NCBI GenBank assembly: GCA_016763645.1
Contig: JAESTK010000092.1
Location: forward strand, 1-40,838
Reading direction: 5' to 3'
DNA from: Flavobacteriales bacterium
Lineage (GTDB): Bacteria > Bacteroidota > Bacteroidia > Flavobacteriales_G > NORP312
Length of the DNA stretch: 40,838 nt
Under the pieces are notes generated by a model. That model saw only the letters and a list, made by a program, of their open reading frames with translations, was not told the DNA's origin and searched no databases. This document shows, one piece after another, positions 9,273 to 17,349 of this stretch. Positions within the stretch are counted from its first letter, which is position 1. Every line of letters starts with the position of its first letter. The translations under genes and the position numbers were made by a program.

Positions 9273-9803
9273 TTATCTAGGCAATATGTTTGAGAATTCT
9301 ATCTCTTTAACATAGCTTCCTTTGGCCGCTGAAAAATCTTCTTCACCCCATCTGTCTATGGAGATAAAATTTTCCCCATTTTCAAACATCCAATTTACAA
9401 ATTTAGCATAATCTTCTTCATTATCGCGTTCTTCTCCACAGTGTCCTTGACCAGAGGAAGTCCTTGTGTATGTAATGTTCTGGTGAACTATTTGTTGCGG
9501 TGCGTCATCCTGATCTACAATCTGTTTAACCAGACCAGCATCAATGTCGCGTATCTCGATCTTCTGTGAGAGCGAGCAGACCAATTTGTCTTCATCTTCT
9601 ACATGAAGATAGTACGTTTCTTTACCTGAGTCTAAAAGGTATTCTCTCGTTTCAAGGTTGTTTCCCCAGTCGTACAGGTAAACTTTTTTTACTTCCCATG
9701 TTTCCATGAAATAGTCGACCATATAACCGACTCCAAGCTCGTTAACAGTATAATTTATCTGCGCTTCTTTTGTCTTTTTTTTAAATCTATCGAATAAACC
9801 CAT
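9273..9803 (-). CDS. DUF4178-like protein
   Basis: Acidic beta-rich 176 aa protein with W.V...Y.W...REY.L pattern; amphipathic N-terminus MGLFDRFKKK; operon context. Confidence 0.65.
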   Translation of the reverse strand: MGLFDRFKKKTKEAQINYTVNELGVGYMVDYFMETWEVKKVYLYDWGNNLETREYLLDSGKETYYLHVEDEDKLVCSLSQKIEIRDIDAGLVKQIVDQDDAPQQIVHQNITYTRTSSGQGHCGEERDNEEDYAKFVNWMFENGENFISIDRWGEEDFSAAKGSYVKEIEFSNILPR

Positions 9804-9810
9804 AGTATTA

Positions 9811-10647
9811 TTATTTGTGAATTTTTTGGCCGCAATGGTCGCATGTTAGATCGTGCGATTCCGGCTCATCGTTTTGTTTATCATTATCAGTTGGTTTTTC
9901 GATTACCTTACCGAATCCATTTGCTAAAATTCCGGCAGGTAAAGCAAACAAACCAACGCCAAGAATTGCCATTATTCCTCCAATAAATTTACCTAAAGAA
10001 GTTATAGGATATACATCGCCATAACCAACAGTTGTTAGCGTTGCAACTCCCCACCACATGGTAGCAGGAATACTCGAAAAGGCTTCTGGTTGGTCATCGT
10101 GCTCTATGTAGTACATTAAACAAGAAGAAATTACAAGCAGCATTAATACACCACATAAAGATATCACCAACTCTTCTTTAGCACCGTTCATAACTTGCCT
10201 AATCTGACTAAAGGCTTTATTGTACCTCGATAATTTCAATAGTCTAAAAAGCCTAAGTACTCGAATTCCTCGAATTACTCGTGAGTCTACGGTAATCAAA
10301 AGAGGAATGTACGCAGGAATAACAGCCGCTAAATCGATTAAGCTGTAAAAAGAGAACATATATTTTAACCGACCACGAAATGGAGGGGAATACTTTTCTT
10401 TCTCAGTAATTGACCAAATTCTCAACAAGTATTCAACGGAAAAGAAAATGATAGAAAATGTTTCTATATTTGAGAAAAGTAGTCCGTAATCTTCTCTCAT
10501 CCATTGGACTGATTCTAGAATTACAGCCACAATATTCAACAGTATAAGGAGGATTATAAAAATGTCGACCCGCTTGCTCCAGGTGTCGTTTTCCTGGCCT
10601 TTTTCAAGAATCTCGTAGGTGCGTCTTTTAATATTTTGATAACTCAT
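9811..10647 (-). CDS. Voltage-gated-type potassium channel (6TM)
   Basis: TTVGYGD selectivity filter; S4-like IRGIRVLRLFRLLKLSRY; C-terminal CDHC. Confidence 0.92.
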   Translation of the reverse strand: MSYQNIKRRTYEILEKGQENDTWSKRVDIFIILLILLNIVAVILESVQWMREDYGLLFSNIETFSIIFFSVEYLLRIWSITEKEKYSPPFRGRLKYMFSFYSLIDLAAVIPAYIPLLITVDSRVIRGIRVLRLFRLLKLSRYNKAFSQIRQVMNGAKEELVISLCGVLMLLVISSCLMYYIEHDDQPEAFSSIPATMWWGVATLTTVGYGDVYPITSLGKFIGGIMAILGVGLFALPAGILANGFGKVIEKPTDNDKQNDEPESHDLTCDHCGQKIHK

Positions 10648-11011
10648 GCCCCGCTTCTTTAAATTGAAGATTCCCTCTCTTTATGGTCTGGTAACTATGG
10701 GTGTTTGATTTCAATTTTAGGACTAGCAGATTATATGCTTGGTTATAGTCCATATCCTGATTGCAGGTGAAAAAGTCAACTGCAGCGTAGCCGTGCTCCG
10801 GCCACGTGTGGATTGCTAAGTGACTTTCTGAGACTACTATTACGCCTGTTATCCCTTGCGGGGAGAACTTATGAAAAACTGATTTGATTATTGTTGCTTT
10901 CGAAACTAAGGCTGCATCGTTCATGGTTTGCTTGATCTCCTCTAGATCGTCAAGCGTTTTTGAGGGGCAGTCATGAAACTCCATTAAAATGTGCAATCCC
11001 AATCCTTCCAT
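10628..11011 (-). CDS. speD: S-adenosylmethionine decarboxylase proenzyme
   Basis: HKFSPQGITGV, SESH pyruvoyl cleavage site, HTWPE, DFFTC; start placed at ATG 11011 (MEGLGLH) rather than 11059. Confidence 0.95.
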   Translation of the reverse strand: MEGLGLHILMEFHDCPSKTLDDLEEIKQTMNDAALVSKATIIKSVFHKFSPQGITGVIVVSESHLAIHTWPEHGYAAVDFFTCNQDMDYNQAYNLLVLKLKSNTHSYQTIKRGNLQFKEAGHELSKY

Positions 11012-11015
11012 GAAA

Positions 11016-11216
11016 TTAATCCTTAGATCTAAAAAATTTGTACCAAATGTATACCCCAATTAATATTATCGCAATTGGAAGTATGAATTTTAGCGCTAAT
11101 TTGAATAACCACCAAGCCACCGTGAGGAGCCCTACTACGAATATGATCTGTATAATCGTTGATTTTTTCACTCGAATCTTACTTTTAATTATTGGAGGAA
11201 GATCGCCTTCCTCCAA
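11016..11216 (-). CDS. Small two-TM membrane protein (start may be GTG at 11171)
   Basis: Hydrophobic hairpin with basic ends; fills the gap between pspA and speD. Confidence 0.7.
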   Translation of the reverse strand: MEEGDLPPIIKSKIRVKKSTIIQIIFVVGLLTVAWWLFKLALKFILPIAIILIGVYIWYKFFRSKD

Positions 11217-11234
11217 TGTGTGGATATAAAGTTT

Positions 11235-11948
11235 CTAAGCCTCTTTGGATTTACTCATTTTAGCTTTAAGTGCGGCTAGACTATCAGATGCTGCAACAGT
11301 GGTACTTCCTCCAATTGCTTTATCAATTTCATCATCAAGCGATTTGCTTTCATTTGCTATGTCCCCGTAGGCGTCAGCCAATGCTTCTTCTTGCTCCACC
11401 TTCTCTTTCATTCTTTCGAGCATCGAAATTGTGTCACTCGAATCAATTGAAGCCATTTGTTTGTTGAGGTTTTTGGTAGCGGTAGCAACTTTGACTCTTG
11501 CCTTAAGTGTTTTAAGCTCATTTTCCCAAGAGCTAATTTTAGAGCGTAACGTTTTTACGTTTACTTCTAACTTACTAACGTTTTGGTCAAATTGAGTTTG
11601 CTCTCCTGAAGCTCTTTCAACATGAGTTTCACATTCCACTTTTTTGTTTAAAGCCTCAGTAGCCAAACGATCAGCCTCTGCGCTATCCATTTGCCCTGAT
11701 TCAGCTTTTTGAAGTAACAACATGGCCTTTTTTTCATAATCAACCCCTCTTTCTTGTTGTTCTCTAATTTCGTTGCGGGATCTAATAGCAAGGGCTTTTA
11801 CTTCTGCCATCGCTTTCAAACAACCTTCAAGATCTTTTTTCATATCTCTAATGCCTTGCTCAGTCATTTTTATTGGGTCTTCTAATTTATCTACCACCGC
11901 ATTAGCTTCGGCTTTTCCCAATGTGAATAATCTTTTAAATAAACTCAT
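11235..11948 (-). CDS. pspA: PspA/IM30 family protein (bacterial ESCRT-III-like)
   Basis: MSLFKRL amphipathic helix, LEDP.KM.EQ.IRDM, LA.EAL, long coiled coil, LAALKAKM C-terminus. Confidence 0.93.
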   Translation of the reverse strand: MSLFKRLFTLGKAEANAVVDKLEDPIKMTEQGIRDMKKDLEGCLKAMAEVKALAIRSRNEIREQQERGVDYEKKAMLLLQKAESGQMDSAEADRLATEALNKKVECETHVERASGEQTQFDQNVSKLEVNVKTLRSKISSWENELKTLKARVKVATATKNLNKQMASIDSSDTISMLERMKEKVEQEEALADAYGDIANESKSLDDEIDKAIGGSTTVAASDSLAALKAKMSKSKEA

Positions 11949-11961
11949 TTTTTTGTCCTCC

Positions 11962-12357
11962 TTATTTTTTTGAAAATTTGATTAGCTCATCAGCGTACTC
12001 TGTTAAAAGTAAGCTCAACGAATTCAATGATCCTTCTATTTCGTTCATGTCTAGGTTCTCAATTTGAAGAGTATCTCTGAATATTACCTTCGTTCCAGTT
12101 TCGTCTAGAACAAATGCGCCATGAATAATATCACGGTTTTTCATTAACAAGCTTCGAAATACTTCACCTGAATCGCCATTGAGCTCCAGAATGTGTTGTT
12201 CCATAATTAAGATGGGGTCAGCACAGCCAATCGCGCAATTTTTGATTCCAGACGACTCGTCTTCTATAATGATTATCTGATCCTCTTCATTAGCAGCAGT
12301 AATCGTATATCCCAAGTCTAAAACGTAGTTTTTAACGATGTTGAAATTATCTTTCAT
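11962..12357 (-). CDS. CesT/YbjN-like chaperone-fold protein
   Basis: Acidic 131 aa; LL.KN....HGAF.LD....VIFRDTLQ.ENLD pattern; first gene of the pspA operon. Confidence 0.7.
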   Translation of the reverse strand: MKDNFNIVKNYVLDLGYTITAANEEDQIIIIEDESSGIKNCAIGCADPILIMEQHILELNGDSGEVFRSLLMKNRDIIHGAFVLDETGTKVIFRDTLQIENLDMNEIEGSLNSLSLLLTEYADELIKFSKK

Positions 12358-12391
12358 TGAATTGTAATTTTAAATTTTCGATTTACTTCTT

Positions 12392-12399
12392 CAAAAGTA
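12392..12399 (-). promoter_or_regulatory. -7 promoter element TACTTTTG for the pspA operon (second candidate TATGTTTG at 12512-12519)
   Basis: TAnnTTTG matches on the minus strand. Confidence 0.45.
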
Positions 12400-12519
12400 A
12401 TTATTTACACGAAATAATAAGGCCCTGAGGTTCAGTAAACCGAAATGCTAAATCATTATTTTCGTTGGTTAATATTAGTTTGAATTATTTTGTTTTTATC
12501 AATCGACAGGACAAACATA

Positions 12520-12583
12520 CTAAAAATATTAGCACAAACTAATTTATTTGGCTAATTATTTTATTTATTGCAAAATATTTTAG
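12520..12583. promoter_or_regulatory. Four CTAA-N5-TTAG palindromes, putative XRE operators
   Basis: CTAAAAATATTAG 12520, CTAATTTATTTGG 12539, CTAATTATTTTAT 12552, CAAAATATTTTAG 12571; spacing 19/13/19. Confidence 0.55.
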
Positions 12584-12613
12584 TAATTTGTCATTATTCA
12601 CAACAGGTTATGC

Positions 12614-13339
12614 ATGTCTAAAATAGGGTCTAATATTCGTAAAATACGCTTAGTTAAAGGACTTAGCCAATCTGCTTTTGGCAATTTGTTTAATCTGAAG
12701 AGAGCTAATATTGGTGCATATGAGGAACTTCGTGCAGAACCGAAGATAGATGTAGTAATCGAAATTGCTAAATATTTTAGTGTTCCGTTAAGTGATATTT
12801 TCACAAAAGATTTGACGGTAAATCAATTGACGAAGTTTAGTGCTGCTGAAGATATGAAATCAACTCAGCGGCAAGAAAAAACAGAAAATTACTTTTCGTT
12901 AGGTCATATTAGCGCAGAATTATTGATGAATCGTATTAAACTTTTTGAACAACTAGAAAAAGATAACATTCACCAAATACAATTCCCAAAAGTTGTTGAC
13001 CATGCAGATAAATTCTTTGAAATCAAGGGGGTACTAATTCTTGGTGCCAAGAATCAGCAATATCATGGGCTTATTTGTTCAAGTATCAGGCAGGGGGTTA
13101 AAAGCATGATTGTGCTTGTGTTGTCTGATAAAAGGATTGCTCTTGGAGAATATTTAGGAGGTAAAGAAAAGGTAACAATTAAACTTCAAGACTCGCAAGA
13201 GGAGACTATAATTGAAGATGTGAGGCAGTTGTTTGAAGTTAAATTAATGGTTTCTCAGCCAGGTACTCAATCAACCAATATTGCACAAAGATTATTGACC
13301 ATTGAAAAGCGCGTTAACAATCTCGAAGGAAAAAGCTAG
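12614..13339 (+). CDS. XRE-family HTH transcriptional regulator
   Basis: NIRKIR..KGLSQ..F..L....R..IGAYEE.RAEP HTH; divergent from the pspA operon. Confidence 0.9.
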   Translation: MSKIGSNIRKIRLVKGLSQSAFGNLFNLKRANIGAYEELRAEPKIDVVIEIAKYFSVPLSDIFTKDLTVNQLTKFSAAEDMKSTQRQEKTENYFSLGHISAELLMNRIKLFEQLEKDNIHQIQFPKVVDHADKFFEIKGVLILGAKNQQYHGLICSSIRQGVKSMIVLVLSDKRIALGEYLGGKEKVTIKLQDSQEETIIEDVRQLFEVKLMVSQPGTQSTNIAQRLLTIEKRVNNLEGKS

Positions 13340-13905
13340 TCTTTATCCGTGTTAAATAGGTAGCCAAGAGCCCCTCCACAAAGTCCCCCGAAAATATGTC
13401 CAAATTGAGAGATGTTGTCAATTGAAAAGCTGTTATAGATCTCTTTCCCTAAATAAATTACTACTATAAAGATAAAGGTAAGGGGAACTTCTTTGGCCCT
13501 CATATTTACTATTGAAGATAAAATGATGAACATAAACACGATTCCGCTAGCTCCGATTATGCCACTATTGAAGAGCAGTGCATTAAGTAGGCCCGTTGAT
13601 ACAGCCGTTATAACTGTCATTAAAGCAAGATTTTTAGCACCATATTTTTCTTCCAAAATAGGCCCAAGCATCAATAAATAAAAGAAATTCCCTAAGAGGT
13701 GGTCAAAATTAGCGTGACAAAAAATGTAGGTTACTAGCCTATAAATCTGACTAGTTTGAATAACAGGATTTAAAGAAAAAAGATGATTTATTAAGCCGCC
13801 AAACGCCAAGTTTAGAATTAACATTGCAAACGATATGAGACAAAAACTCAAAGTAAATTTTGCGTTATAGGTAATCGACCAACTTTTAAAAGAATTGATT
13901 TGCAT
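13336..13905 (-). CDS. Rhomboid intramembrane serine protease
   Basis: YRLVTY.F.H, HLLGN, GASG (catalytic Ser), GHIFG (catalytic His). Confidence 0.92.
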   Translation of the reverse strand: MQINSFKSWSITYNAKFTLSFCLISFAMLILNLAFGGLINHLFSLNPVIQTSQIYRLVTYIFCHANFDHLLGNFFYLLMLGPILEEKYGAKNLALMTVITAVSTGLLNALLFNSGIIGASGIVFMFIILSSIVNMRAKEVPLTFIFIVVIYLGKEIYNSFSIDNISQFGHIFGGLCGGALGYLFNTDKD

Positions 13906-14037
13906 GCTTTTCCGTTGAAGTTATTTGTTCATGGTTTTGTCTTTGTTGCGGTTGCAAGTTAAGAATAACTTGACGTGTAAATTTCGGTTTGATTGGGACC
14001 TTGTGCGATCAATATATGATCTACGTAGTTTGGGACC

Positions 14038-14087
14038 ATCTTACGCGTACTTTCGACATTACTCAAATTTTCGCAAAGAAAGGAAAG
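14038..14087 (-). repeat. Direct repeat copy 2: vestigial gltX 5' end (MSKVRVR then WSQTT*) with a decayed -7 element
   Basis: 22-bp identity to 1856-1877 plus a CGCAAAGA.AGGAAAG match; mini-ORF 14059-14021. Confidence 0.85.
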
Positions 14088-14098
14088 ACATCGTGAGT

Positions 14099-14581
14099 TC
14101 ACGACTTGTTTAGCATCCCCTTCTTGTTAGCCCACCAACCAAACCAAAATATAAGACTGGTTGCTAAAACCATAAAAGCAATTCCGCCCAACCTTTTATT
14201 TCTTTTGGTGTTTTTGTAAGGAATTATGATAGTGTCATTAACAGAAACTTGGACGCATTCGAATTCGTTCGAAGCCTTATGCTTTATAGAACCGTAGACA
14301 GTAATTTTTGACTTGGCGGAAAGCTTATTTAACATGTAAGAGTTGACTCGTAGCGCTCCGAGAAAAGGTTTATAAATAAGGCTATCATTCTCTAATTTAA
14401 TAGAAATGAATTTCTTCTTAGGTTCATCAATTATTTCAGCGGTTGAAATTATGCCCGAACGAATTTCATAATCCTCTACTGTCATTAGTGAGTCGTGGAA
14501 AAATGACAGACCTAAAAGAAGCCAAACGAGCCCAATCGCAAAAACAAGCAATACGGCAATGATATTTTTCAAAAGCGTCAT
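14099..14581 (-). CDS. Hypothetical membrane protein (two TM helices flanking a soluble domain)
   Basis: 160 aa ORF; start overlaps the SSS gene stop. Confidence 0.7.
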   Translation of the reverse strand: MTLLKNIIAVLLVFAIGLVWLLLGLSFFHDSLMTVEDYEIRSGIISTAEIIDEPKKKFISIKLENDSLIYKPFLGALRVNSYMLNKLSAKSKITVYGSIKHKASNEFECVQVSVNDTIIIPYKNTKRNKRLGGIAFMVLATSLIFWFGWWANKKGMLNKS

Positions 14582-16254
14582 TTCGGCACTCTTATCTCCC
14601 TCACTAAATCAATAACATGTTGAGGTGGTGCAGGCGTAAAATAAGAAACCACACCCGTTACTAAAAAGTTAATGAGCATACCTAACGTGCCAATTCCTTC
14701 TGGCGAAATGCCTAACCACCAATGTTCGGCAGAGTTATTTTCGGGAGAAACGAACTTAAAATATACGATATACGCAATGGTAAATAGTAGGCCCGAAAGT
14801 ATACCAGCAATCGCTCCTTCCTTGTTAATTCGAGTAGAGAAAATGCCCATTACAATGGCAGGGAAGAAAGAAGCAGCGGCTAACCCAAAAGCCAAGGCAA
14901 CCACTTGAGCCACATACCCGGGAGGGTTTATACCGAAATATCCTGCAACTAAAACAGCTCCGCCCGCAGCGATTCTCGCTAAGCGTAATTCTTGTTTTTC
15001 GGTAATATCTGGTTTTATCTGTTTCTTCACTAAATCGTGAGCCACAGCAGTAGAAACAACCAAGAGTAAACCAGCCGCAGTTGAAAGCGCTGCAGCTAAC
15101 CCTCCAGCAGCGACTAAACCAATAACCCAATTAGGCAGTTTGGCTATTTCTGGATTAGCTAAAACTATAATGTCACGATCTATCGTTACTTCGTTTTGCC
15201 CAGCATCTTTTACATATTGAATTATGCCATCGTTGTTCTTGTCTTCGATTTTAATTAGTCCTGTTGTTTCCCAGTTTTTCACCCATGTAGGGCGTTTTTC
15301 GTATTCAACTTCACTTACTGACTGCATCATGTTTAATCGTGCGAAAGCGGCTATGGCAGGCGCTGTTGTGTAAAGAATAGCAATAAAAATTAAAGCATAA
15401 CCCGCAGAAACTCGGGCATCACGCACTTTAGGTACGGTAAAAAACCGAACAATTACGTGTGGCAATCCCGCTGTGCCGACCATCAGCGCAGCAGTAATAA
15501 AAAAGACATCAATAGTAGATTTTGTACCATCTGTGTAGGTTCCAAAACCTAATTCTTCTGACAGCCCATCTAGCTTATCGAGCAAGAATGTACCGGGTTC
15601 ATTTATGAGTTCTGAGCCAAAACCAATTTGCGGAATTGGGTTGCCCGTCATCATTATTGAAATATAAATCGCAGGGACGAGAAAGGCGAAAATCAAAACG
15701 CAATATTGTGCCACTTGGGTATAGGTAATACCCTTCATCCCTCCTATTACGGCATAAAAGAAAACGATAGCCATTCCGATAATTACTCCGATGTGTATGG
15801 GAACATCCAAAAACCGAGAAAACACGACCCCTACTCCACGCATTTGTCCTGCTACGTATGTAAACGAGATGAAAATTACACAGACAACGGCAATAAATCG
15901 AGCGACTTCAGAATAGTATCTATCTCCGATAAAATCGGGCACGGTAAACTTCCCGAATTTTCTGAGATAAGGAGCAAGTAATAACGCTAAAAGAACATAG
16001 CCTCCAGTCCAACCCATTAGGTAAACTGAGCCATCTCTGCCAGAAAAGGAGATGATACCAGCCATAGAAATAAACGATGCTGCCGACATCCAATCTGCCG
16101 CAGTTGCTAATCCATTCGCTAAGGGAGAAACTTGACCATGAGCGACATAAAAGTCTTTAGTAGATGAGGCTTTCGACCAAATGGCAATTCCAATATAAAC
16201 AGCGAAACTGAGCCCCACCAAAATAAATGTCCATGTTTGAATGCTCCAATCCAT
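14578..16254 (-). CDS. Sodium:solute symporter, ActP/VC_2705-like cation:acetate symporter
   Basis: NGLATAADWMSAASF, GGMKGITYTQVAQY, GTAGLPHV, AALST; paired with a DUF4212 gene. Confidence 0.93.
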   Translation of the reverse strand: MDWSIQTWTFILVGLSFAVYIGIAIWSKASSTKDFYVAHGQVSPLANGLATAADWMSAASFISMAGIISFSGRDGSVYLMGWTGGYVLLALLLAPYLRKFGKFTVPDFIGDRYYSEVARFIAVVCVIFISFTYVAGQMRGVGVVFSRFLDVPIHIGVIIGMAIVFFYAVIGGMKGITYTQVAQYCVLIFAFLVPAIYISIMMTGNPIPQIGFGSELINEPGTFLLDKLDGLSEELGFGTYTDGTKSTIDVFFITAALMVGTAGLPHVIVRFFTVPKVRDARVSAGYALIFIAILYTTAPAIAAFARLNMMQSVSEVEYEKRPTWVKNWETTGLIKIEDKNNDGIIQYVKDAGQNEVTIDRDIIVLANPEIAKLPNWVIGLVAAGGLAAALSTAAGLLLVVSTAVAHDLVKKQIKPDITEKQELRLARIAAGGAVLVAGYFGINPPGYVAQVVALAFGLAAASFFPAIVMGIFSTRINKEGAIAGILSGLLFTIAYIVYFKFVSPENNSAEHWWLGISPEGIGTLGMLINFLVTGVVSYFTPAPPQHVIDLVREIRVPK

Positions 16255-16505
16255 TATTCGTCAACGTTATGTTTTTTATCGAGGCGGTTCATCAAGTAAA
16301 CATACACGAAAATGAGTGCCACAAAAACATAAATAGATCCTTGTTGTGCAAACCAAAATCCAAGTTTGAAGCCTCCAATTCTAATGGTGTCGAGTTCGTC
16401 AACAAAGAGAATTCCACAACCAAACGAAACAGCAAACCAGACAATAAGAAGCACCAGAAGATACTTTAAGTTGGTTTTCCAATATTGTTGCGCGGTGTTG
16501 CTCAT
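16254..16505 (-). CDS. DUF4212 small membrane partner of the SSS transporter
   Basis: YWKTNL...LLIVWFAVSFG, GFKLGFWFAQQGSI. Confidence 0.9.
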   Translation of the reverse strand: MSNTAQQYWKTNLKYLLVLLIVWFAVSFGCGILFVDELDTIRIGGFKLGFWFAQQGSIYVFVALIFVYVYLMNRLDKKHNVDE

Positions 16506-16529
16506 TCAGGTTGTGAATGTAAGAAATTT
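16446..16529 (-). repeat. Direct repeat copy A: DUF4212 5' end and upstream DNA
   Basis: 16446-16505 vs 17235-17294: 49/60 identical; similarity continues ~25 nt upstream of both ATGs. Confidence 0.85.
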
Positions 16530-16541
16530 AGTAGAGGGAAA

Positions 16542-17294
16542 TTAAATTGACCAATTAGCCATTAAACCGAACGCCTGTGTTTGACTTGGTATATCGTAGC
16601 TTCCGAAATTATATTCATGTCGAAATATTACTGTTAAATTAAATTTTTCAAACGTTTCCCACTTCACCCCCGCTTCGTATCTGTAAAAATTAATGAACCC
16701 AGAGTTGGCGGCTTGTTTAAATATTTCAAAAGAGGTGTACGGTTTCAGTTTTTGTTTAAAATTGTAAGCGACTTTAATTCTGTTTCTCCAAAACGCTCTA
16801 CTCACGAAAATATATTGATAGTTTTCATCCTCTAGCCTAGAGCGGAACTGGACACGTATTGGAATGTTTTCTTTGTGCCAAACATAGTAACCAGCAACGT
16901 GAAGCCGAAAGAATAAACGTGAGAATTTTTCTTGAGACACGGTTGTGTATTTAGTTTGTGTAAATCGAAAAGCCGATTTTAGCGAAATACGGTTATTTAA
17001 CTTTACTTTTATTCCAGACTCTAGCATAATTGCGCTTAAAGAACTAAATTGATTCATTACGCGAGTCTGCTGGTTAAGTTCACCTTTTAATCTATCTGTG
17101 AATTTTTTGGAAATTGTGCCTTGAAAAATCAGGCCCCAGTCATTCGTATTAAGAGGAACAGGGTCGCAATGGAAACACGTAGGCAAATTTTGGTAGTTCT
17201 GCCCAACAGCCGTAAAATCCATAACCCAAAATACAAGAAGTATCACGAGATACTTCAGGTTAGTTTCCCAATATTGCCGTGCGGTGTTGCTCAT
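16542..17294 (-). CDS. DUF2490-like outer-membrane beta-barrel protein with a DUF4212-derived N-terminus
   Basis: Alternating beta-strand pattern, RSRLE, WRNRIK, PYTSFEIF, RYEAG, aromatic C-terminus; start placed at ATG 17294 by homology with the duplicated start. Confidence 0.72.
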   Translation of the reverse strand: MSNTARQYWETNLKYLVILLVFWVMDFTAVGQNYQNLPTCFHCDPVPLNTNDWGLIFQGTISKKFTDRLKGELNQQTRVMNQFSSLSAIMLESGIKVKLNNRISLKSAFRFTQTKYTTVSQEKFSRLFFRLHVAGYYVWHKENIPIRVQFRSRLEDENYQYIFVSRAFWRNRIKVAYNFKQKLKPYTSFEIFKQAANSGFINFYRYEAGVKWETFEKFNLTVIFRHEYNFGSYDIPSQTQAFGLMANWSI

Positions 17295-17320
17295 TTCAGG
17301 TCGTGAATGTATGAAAATTT
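17235..17320 (-). repeat. Direct repeat copy B of the DUF4212 5' end
   Basis: Encodes MSNTARQYWETNLKYLVILL vs MSNTAQQYWKTNLKYLLVLL (16/20 aa). Confidence 0.85.
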
Positions 17321-17349
17321 GAGAGGTAATTGCTAAAGAAGAGTTGTTC

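Noticed and set aside
12594-12602. DnaA-box-like TTATTCACA (also TTATTAACA at 33198-33206)
   Set aside because: Isolated single matches are expected by chance in AT-rich DNA
13925-14113. 62-aa plus-strand ORF, with small repeats (CAAGTT/AACTTG; TTGGGACC twice) at the island edge
   Set aside because: The ORF spans the vestigial gltX repeat and has no coding signature; the repeats are too short to call as recombinase sites
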